A program made the translations under genes and the position numbers. Of a stretch of 60,248 nucleotides of DNA, positions 46,567-55,835 are shown piece after piece. The notes under the pieces are model-generated. The model did not search any database and was not told the origin of the DNA. It was given only the letters and a program-made list of their open reading frames with translations. Source of the DNA: Candidatus Aenigmatarchaeota archaeon (GTDB lineage Archaea > Aenigmatarchaeota > Aenigmatarchaeia > PWEA01 > JAGHBM01); assembly GCA_021162085.1 (NCBI GenBank), contig JAGGZI010000040.1, forward strand, positions 1 through 60,248, read 5' to 3'. Positions within the stretch are counted from its first letter, which is position 1. The number at the start of each line of letters is the position of its first letter.

Positions 46567-48912
46567 CTACTCCCATGGGTTTGAAACAACTACAGCTTTT
46601 ATCCAATCTATTTTCAAATTAAAACCATTACCATTCCAATAATTCGGGCATATATCTATTCTTTTCACTTTTCTACTGGTATCGAATCCATTAAAGGTGA
46701 TTTCTTCTGGATATGAAATTGAATTTACCGTATAGTAATCATGACCATTCATTAATACATTTCCAAGTCCAAGTTTACTGCAATCATCACCCACATAACA
46801 TACAAATGGATAAATATCAATATTCGGATTTGTAAAGCTGTCTGTCGCTGAGTATCTCATTTTCAATGAGTAGATGTACATTGGATTACTTTCTAAATCT
46901 ATTTTTATACATTGTGCAACAAAATAGTCTTTGAGACCAGCCGATGAGTAATAAGCGTTACACCTTCCAGTCTGGGTTGAAGAACCCTTCATATCAAGAC
47001 ATAGATAGTCACTATCTTGCCAATCGCTGCAATACCGCCGAATACAATTATCATCATTACAGTCCTGGTCAATTGTTATATCATTTTCACATGTTGTAGA
47101 TCGGCAGCCTCCTTTAATTTTTGTTATGTTTGGATTTAGACATATAGTTTTTAAGCATCCCTCATTTGTGCACAAGCCACTTACCTGTGAGCAGCTTGGG
47201 CAGAACTCACTTCTGATACAATAACAAGCACTCGAAGATGCATCACCACAACCAAAGTTATTTCCTGTTGTGTCAAAGTAAAATGGAAGTTGTTTATAAC
47301 TTATGCAAGTGTCTAAAATTGAAAGAGGACCAGCCACACATTGCGGATTTGGAGTAGTAATTGTGTTTCTGCATGCTCCATAAGAATTGGCATTTAAATG
47401 CTTACATGCAGCATCACAGGGATCTGCAGGCTTTTGTGCACATCCTGAGTTGTCGTTGTTACACCCATAAGCACATTGTTGAATTGGTCCGACAGATTCC
47501 ACACATCCATCTCCATTCGTATCCGCACAATTTAGTAAATATGCTTTACCATCCTCTCCTACATAGCATGTTGTGCCACCATTTTCAAGTCCATGTTGTA
47601 CACATATTTGTTCCGGTTGACATGGAGGTTTAGTTAAGCTCTCATTTGTTGTGAATTTGACCCAGGCAATTTTATGGTCTTTGCTATCACGTTTTGGACA
47701 AATATCTATCATATCCAATTTTTTGTCTACAAAGATATGGTTCAAAACATTGTATCCCTCAACATCTTCTGCAATGGTATGCCACCCATCACCATTGTTA
47801 TTACAACTTCCATCGTAACAACCAAAAACATAAAGGTCATTGTGTCCGTCATCAGAGCCAGACCTGAACCACAAATCTTTTACATATACAGATTTTCCAT
47901 AGAAATCTTTGAAATTTAATCGAAGACATTGGCCAGTTTCGATGTTAGACCTTTTACAATCTCCGGATTGATCTAAACATATTGTAATATCATTATTTAC
48001 ATTTTGGTATGGATCTGAGTATAAATAATATATTTTTAGCGGAATACTAGTACAATCCGAAGATATGCCATCACTTATTCTATCTTTTTGGCAACCAGTT
48101 GACGAAACACTACAACCAATTTTCTCCAATAAACTCTTGCCTGGAACTTTTTCAGAATTGGCACAGTATTCAGTAAAATTATTAATATTTCCATACTCTT
48201 TTTTACAATCTTCTTCCGTTTTATCTATTGGGCAACATACATTTAGATTTTTATTCCATTCCCAATCTTCCGGACAACAATAATAATATGTGAAATTTGT
48301 ATAAGTTTCTCCAAAAATCCCAGAATAGTGTGAAGAGATTTTATATTTAAAAAACAAATTTTGTCCACTGAAGTAATTATTTTCAACGGGAGATGATAAA
48401 GAATATATACAATTATGCACTCCTTTATATTCACACTTTGGTTGATCTTTCACGCTATTGGTGAAGTCTGGGGAAGTAGAGTCAAAACCTTTGTATATCT
48501 CCGTTTTAAGTGCTGAAGTTTCTCCATGAGACATACCAGTAAGAACTCTCCCCGAAGCTTGAGTATTTTTTATAATACAACTTCCTTCTCCTCCAGGAAC
48601 ATCACATCTCCACTTAGTCTCAATTTCATGAGATTTTTTTTCATTTTTATTGTCTACTTTTTGTTCTATAACTACAAAAGTATATTCCGGTGACGATTGA
48701 TCACTCAGGCAGGTTATTGAGGCTCCCTGATTCTCATTCTCACTTCCATTGAACATTTCCCACGCATTGCTTATGATGTCACTAACTGAACGAATTGGCT
48801 TAGCCTGGTGCATCATACCAAGACCAAACCCAAGGACGGCGAGGGCAAGGATTATGGTTACAACAACAATTATAACACTACTACCGACACCCTTACCATT
48901 TCCCATATTCAT
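46567..48912 (-). CDS. Giant Cys-rich pilin-like protein (781 aa), putative tip adhesin
   Basis: MNMGNGKG|VGSSVIIVVVTIILALAVLGFGL class III-like N-terminus. Roughly 70 Cys. Internal duplication of a ~110-135 aa module ending IDICP...W[VI]K[FA]. Confidence 0.7.
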   Translation of the reverse strand: MNMGNGKGVGSSVIIVVVTIILALAVLGFGLGMMHQAKPIRSVSDIISNAWEMFNGSENENQGASITCLSDQSSPEYTFVVIEQKVDNKNEKKSHEIETKWRCDVPGGEGSCIIKNTQASGRVLTGMSHGETSALKTEIYKGFDSTSPDFTNSVKDQPKCEYKGVHNCIYSLSSPVENNYFSGQNLFFKYKISSHYSGIFGETYTNFTYYYCCPEDWEWNKNLNVCCPIDKTEEDCKKEYGNINNFTEYCANSEKVPGKSLLEKIGCSVSSTGCQKDRISDGISSDCTSIPLKIYYLYSDPYQNVNNDITICLDQSGDCKRSNIETGQCLRLNFKDFYGKSVYVKDLWFRSGSDDGHNDLYVFGCYDGSCNNNGDGWHTIAEDVEGYNVLNHIFVDKKLDMIDICPKRDSKDHKIAWVKFTTNESLTKPPCQPEQICVQHGLENGGTTCYVGEDGKAYLLNCADTNGDGCVESVGPIQQCAYGCNNDNSGCAQKPADPCDAACKHLNANSYGACRNTITTPNPQCVAGPLSILDTCISYKQLPFYFDTTGNNFGCGDASSSACYCIRSEFCPSCSQVSGLCTNEGCLKTICLNPNITKIKGGCRSTTCENDITIDQDCNDDNCIRRYCSDWQDSDYLCLDMKGSSTQTGRCNAYYSSAGLKDYFVAQCIKIDLESNPMYIYSLKMRYSATDSFTNPNIDIYPFVCYVGDDCSKLGLGNVLMNGHDYYTVNSISYPEEITFNGFDTSRKVKRIDICPNYWNGNGFNLKIDWIKAVVVSNPWE

Positions 48913-48954
48913 AACTTATCACTATAAATCTTCTTCTTCATTATTTTTAAAGAT

Positions 48955-50613
48955 TTATCCGGTCTGAACACAATACAATCTGTTTTTATTATTACATCCA
49001 CTTGAGATTATATCAACCCAGTTGAAACTATTCTCATTTGATAAACCAAGATGGCCAAAGTCCTCGTCGTCTCCTGTAGTCCATCCGTCTTTATCTGATG
49101 TCCAGTCTCTACAAGAATTATTTTCCTCATATTGCCCAGTTTTGTTGCTTCCTGTCCAAACATAATAACCATTCGCGATGAGATTACCATTTTCGTCATA
49201 ATTTATTGCATTTTCTATTGAGCCATCCCACAGGTCATCACAGTCCGTAGATATCACGTCTCCGTGAGTATTCTTTAAGTAACAGTTTGATATTCTATTC
49301 CTGGCATCTGTATTCGAGTCCGATAGGAGTGCTACGAACGTGCCACTTAATCCAGCATTACTTGCAAGTTCCTGACATTTCGCATCTGCTCCACTAAGCC
49401 CACCAAGCGAACCATTGTAAACTTCAGATGTCACGAAGATTATTCTATATGGGGTAACTATGCAACCATTCTCATTTTCACACTTGTCTATGCCACAGTT
49501 ACAGGATTGTTGATACTCACAATAGCAGCTTTGTCCAGACTGGCAGTTGGCTTTTTCTTTCTTCACCCAATAGTTGCATAAGCCACCTGAGCACGCATTG
49601 ACTGGATAATCAATATCACATTTTGAGTCAATGGCACTTTCACATACATTTTCTACTATCCTTGTGAAACTCATCGTATCCTCTATGCCAAATGTTAGAG
49701 CAAGTTTTTTCATGCCATCGGGAGTTGGAATTTTAGTGGATTTATCTATAACACTTACACTTATTACAAATGAAGCTTTGTAGTTGTTGAATCCCATATT
49801 CAATAAATTCATCTTCACCAGTTTTAGTTCCCATTCGATGTTATTATCATTTTTACCATTTGCTATTTCATTCAACTTGGATTGAATTTTGTTTTTAGCT
49901 TCATTTTCGGATAATGTTCCACCTTCAGAGCCGCAGACTTTGACATAATCTAATACATCCTTAAGTTCACTTTTCAAATCATTAATATTATTAACGAAGT
50001 TCTTAGCCTTGTCGTACAAAATGAAGTATTTTGTGGGAATGTCAGTTTCTATCTTTTCATTACCTTCGATTGTTTGATTTAATGATTCATCGCCTTGGTA
50101 TTTGTTGCTTGAGAATAAGTTTGCTTCATAACTTAGTTTTATTTTTGAATTTGTGTAGTCCATTTTTATTTTTGGTGTAGGATCATCGAGATATCTATTA
50201 ACTTTTACGTCAAGGTCAGAAGCGAAGTTATCAAACCATCCTTTATATGTTTCGTTTATTCTGCTACCAAGCTGGGAGGCAACATCATCCTTACTTGGAT
50301 AATTATCCTTTGACCAGCATACATATCCTTCGCATTTGCCCCATGTGTTGTATTCGGTAGAATCTTTATCCAATCCACCATTTAAGCCGTTCTCATACAG
50401 AGAGTTCACTCCGGACAACCAGAGAGCATTTCCTAAAAATTGTTTATCTGCATCATAGTGTGCCTGTGCTTCCATGAGTTTCCCTTCGTCAAGCATTATG
50501 GTGTATCCCACAGAATTCTTTGTGAGTTTAATAGATTCATACGAAATTACTCCACCAACAATTATTCCAGTGATTATTATTAGTGCAATCACGAGTCCAG
50601 CGATGCCCTTCAT
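48955..50613 (-). CDS. Pilin-like protein (552 aa) with C-terminal endostatin/C-type-lectin-like domain
   Basis: MKG|IAGLVIALIIITGIIVGGVISY N-terminus; Cys-knot-like middle. C-terminus: GSLGGLSGADAKCQELASNAGLSGTFVALLS ... VWTGSN ... CRDWTS ... RLYCV. Confidence 0.7.
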   Translation of the reverse strand: MKGIAGLVIALIIITGIIVGGVISYESIKLTKNSVGYTIMLDEGKLMEAQAHYDADKQFLGNALWLSGVNSLYENGLNGGLDKDSTEYNTWGKCEGYVCWSKDNYPSKDDVASQLGSRINETYKGWFDNFASDLDVKVNRYLDDPTPKIKMDYTNSKIKLSYEANLFSSNKYQGDESLNQTIEGNEKIETDIPTKYFILYDKAKNFVNNINDLKSELKDVLDYVKVCGSEGGTLSENEAKNKIQSKLNEIANGKNDNNIEWELKLVKMNLLNMGFNNYKASFVISVSVIDKSTKIPTPDGMKKLALTFGIEDTMSFTRIVENVCESAIDSKCDIDYPVNACSGGLCNYWVKKEKANCQSGQSCYCEYQQSCNCGIDKCENENGCIVTPYRIIFVTSEVYNGSLGGLSGADAKCQELASNAGLSGTFVALLSDSNTDARNRISNCYLKNTHGDVISTDCDDLWDGSIENAINYDENGNLIANGYYVWTGSNKTGQYEENNSCRDWTSDKDGWTTGDDEDFGHLGLSNENSFNWVDIISSGCNNKNRLYCVQTG

Positions 50614-51035
50614 TTGTAAAACCTCAACTGAATATTTTCATATCCACCTAGAACTGCAATCTTTCTGAAGGCGGTGTAGTGTTTCCCATTCAAATCTATG
50701 TTATTTGGGTTAAGTGTTTGGTCCTTAAACACCAACACGGCTTTGTAATTTCCAAACATATCGTTGAATTTGTTTTTGATAATTGTCTTTATGTTGTCAT
50801 CTCCTGTGATAAGGTATTCACTTATAAGATCTCTCATAGTAATTCCGTTGACCCTCATTCCAAGGAAAGAGTTAAATGTTAATTCTGGAAAAGTTGGTTC
50901 GGCTATCTCTTCTTTTATATCTGACTTGAATTCCAAGAGGTGATAAGAGTGTAGAACTGTCAGAAGCATAACTGCAAATATTATACCAATCGATATCATT
51001 GCAATGAAAAAACATGTGACAATTCCCTTTCTCAT
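50610..51035 (-). CDS. Pilin-like protein (141 aa)
   Basis: MRKG|IVTCFFIAMISIGIIFAVMLL. 4-nt overlap with the downstream gene. Confidence 0.6.
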   Translation of the reverse strand: MRKGIVTCFFIAMISIGIIFAVMLLTVLHSYHLLEFKSDIKEEIAEPTFPELTFNSFLGMRVNGITMRDLISEYLITGDDNIKTIIKNKFNDMFGNYKAVLVFKDQTLNPNNIDLNGKHYTAFRKIAVLGGYENIQLRFYK

Positions 51036-51046
51036 AAACTACACCA

Positions 51047-51583
51047 CTAAATGGGAGGTAACGATGTTGAACCTTTTGGTGGAAGCTTGTAATATGTCTT
51101 CAACTTGAGGATTGCAGGCTCGTCTCCACCATCAGACCTTATTAGAACAGGCAATGTGATCTGAATTCCAGGCTTTTTACCAAAGAGCCACAGGAATGGA
51201 AGTATCATGGATTGTTTTGGCTCATTCGTGAGGTCATAACTAAAGTCCCATTTGTCATTGGAGGAACTTATCGTTAAGTCAAAGTACGTCCTGTACATCT
51301 TTACACAATCTATGTCACCAGTTTGTTTCCTTTCATCCAGGAGAGTTTTATTCAAAATTCCCATTTCTCCTGTGCTGAAGCAATCCTTTGAAGTTAATAT
51401 CCTACTGAGCATGGACATCTGTACAATTTCTTGAGTCACTATGTCTGCTCCTTCCTCTTCCTGCTTGAGTATCCCAGCGAAGAATCCTATGGAAAAGGCG
51501 AGCGCAAAGACTAGCAAAATGAAGGCAAAAATACAAACAATCGTGTTTATTCCAAATCCTTTGTTAGAGATCACTCTTTCCAT
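51047..51583 (-). CDS. Pilin-like protein (178 aa)
   Basis: MERVISNKG|FGINTIVCIFAFILLVFALAF. Confidence 0.6.
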   Translation of the reverse strand: MERVISNKGFGINTIVCIFAFILLVFALAFSIGFFAGILKQEEEGADIVTQEIVQMSMLSRILTSKDCFSTGEMGILNKTLLDERKQTGDIDCVKMYRTYFDLTISSSNDKWDFSYDLTNEPKQSMILPFLWLFGKKPGIQITLPVLIRSDGGDEPAILKLKTYYKLPPKGSTSLPPI

Positions 51584-51993
51584 ATGGATATAACATCACC
51601 ATTTTTGTCTATATGAACTATCGTATTTCCATGGTTGCATTCTATGGTTGACGGCACCTCGATTTTTGTGTCGTTTAAGAAGTACATACCATATGTCATC
51701 TGATTTAGACCTTTGGTTGTGGTTTTTATGTACTTATTTGTTGAGTCAAGTGTCATAGTGCATGATAGGGCACCTATTTTAATTTTTGCTGTTTGGTTCT
51801 GCGGGCTTGAGGAAATTATGTTCATGATACCCACAACGCTCTGTGTTATTGATGTAGCCCTTGAGAGACCCAATATATTGCTTCCCCATCCGCCAACCTT
51901 AGCATACACAACACCAAAGAAAAATGCGATTATCACAGTTATCAAAAGCATCATCATAAGATTCATCATGGCTCCCTTTTTCATTTTCACCAA
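51571..51993 (-). CDS. Pilin-like protein (140 aa)
   Basis: MVKMKKG|AMMNLMMMLLITVIIAFFFGVVYA. Overlaps both neighbours. Confidence 0.6.
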   Translation of the reverse strand: MVKMKKGAMMNLMMMLLITVIIAFFFGVVYAKVGGWGSNILGLSRATSITQSVVGIMNIISSSPQNQTAKIKIGALSCTMTLDSTNKYIKTTTKGLNQMTYGMYFLNDTKIEVPSTIECNHGNTIVHIDKNGDVISIWKE

Positions 51994-52802
51994 CCCAGAC
52001 TATGGTGTTTTGAACAACTCCAGTCTTTGGACTTTTCCGGCCAATTTGTATCTACTGGTTCGGATGTTATACCAAACGGTCCTTCAAAAAGCCTAATAGT
52101 AGATTTAATTATAGTACCTCCTAAATCAACAGGATCATTGTTCCAGCAAAAGTTTTTATCCGATGTGAATCCATCCTTCTTACCAAGATTTCTTATCTTA
52201 CAAATTTTTATTTTGTCTTTAGTTTTGTCGTAGTAAACCTTAACCTCTGCTCCACATGGGCTTAAAAGCCAGAATGGTTCCACCTTACCTGATAGGTCCT
52301 TATCAAATTCCACTTTGTCGTTGTTGCTCATTTCAACCATTCCATAGCAGATTCCGTTAGGACATTTATCATAAACAACATGTTGAACATCTGTGAATGT
52401 TATTTCATAAAGTATGATTCCTATGCTACCTTTTTCTCCACCTTTCTCTCTGCTATGGTATATTATCCATTTTGGGTCGTTTCCATAACTGTAGTCACCA
52501 CCATGTACATAATATGTTATACCCTTTGTCAGTTGTTGTGGCATGGTTATGTTAACTTTTTCCTCGCAGTCCTCAGGGTGTCCGTTTGTCTTGCTCTCTT
52601 CCTCCTGAACGCACTGATAGACTCCTTTTATTGCATCTCCAAGCCTAAGAGCACTACCGGTTGTTGCGGCTCCCTCGGAGAGAACTTGATTGGCACCAAG
52701 GGCATGCCATATAACTACGAGGAGTACGAATCCAATTGCTACGGACAGGAAAATGGTCAACAAGTGTCCAACTTCAGTTCCCTTCACAAAATCACCCAAC
52801 AT
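51987..52802 (-). CDS. Pilin-like protein (271 aa)
   Basis: MLGDFVKG|TEVGHLLTIFLSVAIGFVLLVVIW. Several Cys in the globular part. Confidence 0.6.
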   Translation of the reverse strand: MLGDFVKGTEVGHLLTIFLSVAIGFVLLVVIWHALGANQVLSEGAATTGSALRLGDAIKGVYQCVQEEESKTNGHPEDCEEKVNITMPQQLTKGITYYVHGGDYSYGNDPKWIIYHSREKGGEKGSIGIILYEITFTDVQHVVYDKCPNGICYGMVEMSNNDKVEFDKDLSGKVEPFWLLSPCGAEVKVYYDKTKDKIKICKIRNLGKKDGFTSDKNFCWNNDPVDLGGTIIKSTIRLFEGPFGITSEPVDTNWPEKSKDWSCSKHHSLGW

Positions 52803-52938
52803 TTATGTTACCTACAATGTCTTCTATTCTTGGTTTTATTCCCATCAATATTATTATGAGTATTATTGATAACACTATCAAAAACACTATTACAGTCCAT
52901 AGTACTCCAGATGTTTTCTCCCATGTTAGAAGGCCCAT
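52792..52938 (-). CDS. Mini membrane/pilin-like protein (48 aa, not in ORF track)
   Basis: Hand translation: MGLLTWEKTSGVLWTVIVFLIVLSIILIIILMGIKPRIEDIVGNINVG. The ATG overlaps the upstream stop (TAATG). Its own stop overlaps the next gene's start region. Confidence 0.45.
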   Translation of the reverse strand: MGLLTWEKTSGVLWTVIVFLIVLSIILIIILMGIKPRIEDIVGNINVG

Positions 52939-53093
52939 TATCCACCACCCTGAAGTACCTTGCCCATTTCATTTATAAGGTCAAATGTTTTTCCATGAAC
53001 TTTTCCATAAAGGAAGAAAATGAAAAGTGCAATGATTATGAAAATTATTATCACCAACAATGCAGCAAGTACGCCTCCAATACCTTTTCTCAT
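52938..53093 (-). CDS. Mini-pilin-like protein (51 aa, not in ORF track)
   Basis: Hand translation: MRKG|IGGVLAALLVIIIFIIIALFIFFLYGKVHGKTFDLINEMGKVLQGGG. ATGA overlap with the upstream stop. Paralogous to 53090..53257. Confidence 0.5.
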   Translation of the reverse strand: MRKGIGGVLAALLVIIIFIIIALFIFFLYGKVHGKTFDLINEMGKVLQGGG

Positions 53094-53257
53094 GTGTTCA
53101 CCTTTCCTATAACTTGGTTGAATATTTTTTCAAGGGCATCAAGCCCAAATTTTTTTCCCTGATTAAGTATGAGAACAACTATACCGAGGATGACAAGTAT
53201 TAATATGAAGGCTATAAGAAACCATATTATTTGTGATATACCTTTTTTCTTCAACAT
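53090..53257 (-). CDS. Mini-pilin-like protein (55 aa)
   Basis: MLKKKG|ISQIIWFLIAFILILVILGIVVLILNQGKKFGLDALEKIFNQVIGKVNT. The internal Met is preferred to the ORF-track start at 53284. Confidence 0.5.
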   Translation of the reverse strand: MLKKKGISQIIWFLIAFILILVILGIVVLILNQGKKFGLDALEKIFNQVIGKVNT

Positions 53258-53445
53258 CCACAAGGACCTCCCGGTAGAAGCCATGTTCTTAAAGGACCTG
53301 CAATCTTAAAATTACAGTAAATCCAACATCCAGCATTTTTCAGTGATAAACCATATCCCTTTACACCACTATAGACAGCAAAGACAAACATGAAGAGAAT
53401 TAAGAACACTATCAGGGCAAGTATGACTGCAACTGTCTTATTCAT
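53251..53445 (-). CDS. Small membrane protein with 4-Cys tail (64 aa)
   Basis: MNKTVAVILALIVFLILFMFVFAVY, then ...NAGCWIYC...GGPCGC. AAGGAG lies upstream of the ATG. Confidence 0.45.
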   Translation of the reverse strand: MNKTVAVILALIVFLILFMFVFAVYSGVKGYGLSLKNAGCWIYCNFKIAGPLRTWLLPGGPCGC

Positions 53446-53477
53446 ACTAAGATTTTATTCTCCTTAAAATATAAAAC

Positions 53478-53609
53478 CTACGGAAGGACAAATTTGTATG
53501 TACTGCTCAAAGCTTTACTTACATAGGGAACTATGAGAGAAAATGATATTGCAGCAACCACAATGAACACTATTATTATGAGGACGATTTTGAGTGTGGT
53601 ATCTTCCAT
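53478..53609 (-). CDS. Small single-TM protein (43 aa)
   Basis: MEDTTLKIVLIIIVFIVVAAISFSLIVPYV.... ATG 53609 lies 4 nt after the stop of 53614..53733. Confidence 0.4.
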   Translation of the reverse strand: MEDTTLKIVLIIIVFIVVAAISFSLIVPYVSKALSSTYKFVLP

Positions 53610-53613
53610 ATTA

Positions 53614-53733
53614 TCACAACCAGTTGCCAAAGAAGTTGTAAAACATACCAACAACCCCAAGCAATATTAAAAGGGCAATTGCAATGGCTATTACAACTTC
53701 CTTAAGTCCATATCCAACCAAACCTTTATGCAA
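53614..53733 (-). CDS. Possible mini-pilin-like protein (39 aa, TTG start, not in ORF track)
   Basis: Hand translation: (M)HKG|LVGYGLKEVVIAIAIALLILLGVVGMFYNFFGNWL. The TTG overlaps the FlaJ-like stop. Weakest member of the series. Confidence 0.3.
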   Translation of the reverse strand: MHKGLVGYGLKEVVIAIAIALLILLGVVGMFYNFFGNWL

Positions 53734-55798
53734 GTGAACCACCCGTCAGCAAATCTTCTATCATCGGTCCAAACATACTGTACGTTACGACCAAACTCAA
53801 TGTATATATTATTAAACCAATTAATAAACTCCACCCAACAAGGTCCCTTTCACTTATCTTGTCTCCTGGACCGTTCTCAACGCCATTTATGAGATAAGAA
53901 AGAAGATATATGACCTCTATCGTGTATATGCCTACAATAATCTGGAAGAATCCAAGTGGCATTATCTTTCCAACTCCTCCCCAACCTCCTATCATTGTTT
54001 GAGTAAATCCGGGAATCTTTGAGCTCTGGAGGTTTGTCATGCTTTCTCCAAGGGCCTTGAAAATCATCATCATTATTGCCGCCATGGTTATGGTCACACC
54101 GGATATCAATGGAGCAAGAAACATTGATAGGAATTTCATACTTGTTGTAACTTCTCCAAGCATCTCCTTGAGGTCCTCATTTATCTGATGAAGTTGTTTT
54201 ATGTAACGTGATATTGCCATGGCGCTCAACGCAGCGTTCTTAACTCCCTTCTTTGCTGCCTCAAATATTATTCTCATAACGTTCACGATAAGCTTTGATG
54301 GATAATCCCATACTGCTCCGAACTTCTTATCAAACAATGCTGCCTCAAGTGCCAATCCACCCTGCCTCATATTCCTTAAAGTCTTCTTGAACATCTGAGA
54401 TATTGTGAGGTCGGAAGTCTTTTCAACGGTTTGTTCCATGGCCTTCTCCATGGGATTACCAAGAGCCATCCTGCTGCCAAACTGGAAGAGTGCTTCTGAG
54501 AACTCGTCCTGAAGCTTCCTGACGTTGTCCCTTATCTTGGTTTTGGTTCCGCTGTCTATTATAAACACTGAGGATATACCAAGTCCAATTCCCCATGTTA
54601 TTATTAAGGAGTACATAAGATTTCCAAGGCTTATCTGGGATGCACTACCAAGGGTCAAGAGTGCCCCAGGTACTATCAGTGCCAATGATATGAATAGTCC
54701 AATTGGCCACAGGGAAATATCTTTTTTAACATTTCCAATGGTTATTTTTATTCTTCCAACGGGGCTGTACTTCGGGTGCATCGATATGTCAGGAGAGTAA
54801 TAGCTTACTGGTCTATAGGATAGAACTTTTTTGGTTATGGCAAATATGGTCAGTGGCAGGATTACATCATACATAACAATCAATAACAAGGGATCTATGG
54901 TTTCGCTCATCATCAGCATGACAACAGGCATCATAACAAGGAGAAGTATTGGTAGCATTATACCAAGGGCATATATTAACATGACTGGCATCCTCAGGGA
55001 TTGTGAGTAGTGTTTCATCCTTTCCTTTGTTCCCTCAAGTATTCTATTGACTGCCTCATCCAGCATGGCATTTCTTCTTGTTTCAGGTTGCTCCATGGAA
55101 GACCTTATGAGGTGCATCGACTCTATGAAATCTTCGTTACCCTTCCATTTATCCACATAATCCTCCACAGCATCGTAAATGTTTTCATACCTTCTTACAT
55201 CAACGTCCCATAGAATTTTCCTCAGGTCGTAGGCAAGTGGACCCGTGAGGTTTTGCGCGGCAAATTTTATTGCACCTTCCATGTTTGGGGAGGCTCTCAT
55301 GTATATTACCATGTACAGGACGGCAAGGATTATTTCCTGAGAAGCATTAACCCTAAATTGATTTGCTAGATACATTGGATATTTCATCAAACCATAGATC
55401 ACCAGAACTGAGAGTACGAACAACGATATGGTGAGGGTGAAGTTAACAGTGACGAACAGTACTATTACGGCAATGATCATTAAGAGAATACCCATGATAA
55501 TTGCAAGGGAGAATGCACCAACGGGCGTTATCTTCAAGTGGGCAAAGTCTATTGCCATTTGCATGTTCTTTCTCGTTTCCTTATCAGGCTCTATGTTCAA
55601 TGGCTCAAAAATCTTACATAATTTTTCATAAAGTGTTGTTTTTTCTCTCATCTCTTCTTCTTTGAAGGTTTGATATTCCTTGCTGTGGGGGTTTATTTCA
55701 AATTCTTCCGGTAACTCGATTGCTGGCATTGACTCATTCAGAATTCTCTTCAACTCTTCAATCCTAGCTTTTCTAAGGTCTTTGGGGGGTTTTGCCAT
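53726..55798 (-). CDS. FlaJ/TadC-type (T2SS-F-like) polytopic platform protein
   Basis: 690 aa. Two cytoplasmic helical domains alternate with clusters of TM helices. Located directly downstream of the secretion ATPase. Confidence 0.8.
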   Translation of the reverse strand: MAKPPKDLRKARIEELKRILNESMPAIELPEEFEINPHSKEYQTFKEEEMREKTTLYEKLCKIFEPLNIEPDKETRKNMQMAIDFAHLKITPVGAFSLAIIMGILLMIIAVIVLFVTVNFTLTISLFVLSVLVIYGLMKYPMYLANQFRVNASQEIILAVLYMVIYMRASPNMEGAIKFAAQNLTGPLAYDLRKILWDVDVRRYENIYDAVEDYVDKWKGNEDFIESMHLIRSSMEQPETRRNAMLDEAVNRILEGTKERMKHYSQSLRMPVMLIYALGIMLPILLLVMMPVVMLMMSETIDPLLLIVMYDVILPLTIFAITKKVLSYRPVSYYSPDISMHPKYSPVGRIKITIGNVKKDISLWPIGLFISLALIVPGALLTLGSASQISLGNLMYSLIITWGIGLGISSVFIIDSGTKTKIRDNVRKLQDEFSEALFQFGSRMALGNPMEKAMEQTVEKTSDLTISQMFKKTLRNMRQGGLALEAALFDKKFGAVWDYPSKLIVNVMRIIFEAAKKGVKNAALSAMAISRYIKQLHQINEDLKEMLGEVTTSMKFLSMFLAPLISGVTITMAAIMMMIFKALGESMTNLQSSKIPGFTQTMIGGWGGVGKIMPLGFFQIIVGIYTIEVIYLLSYLINGVENGPGDKISERDLVGWSLLIGLIIYTLSLVVTYSMFGPMIEDLLTGGSLA

Positions 55799-55835
55799 AA
55801 CTAGAATTATGTTTTCCCTTTATAAAAAGTTTGAA

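Noticed and set aside
48964-49452. C-type-lectin-like C-terminus as the variable region of a diversity-generating retroelement target (known in some DPANN archaea).
   Set aside because: No reverse transcriptase gene is present in the 60 kb, and I could not see a second near-identical template-repeat copy of this segment. The idea remains testable only with the full genome or population data.
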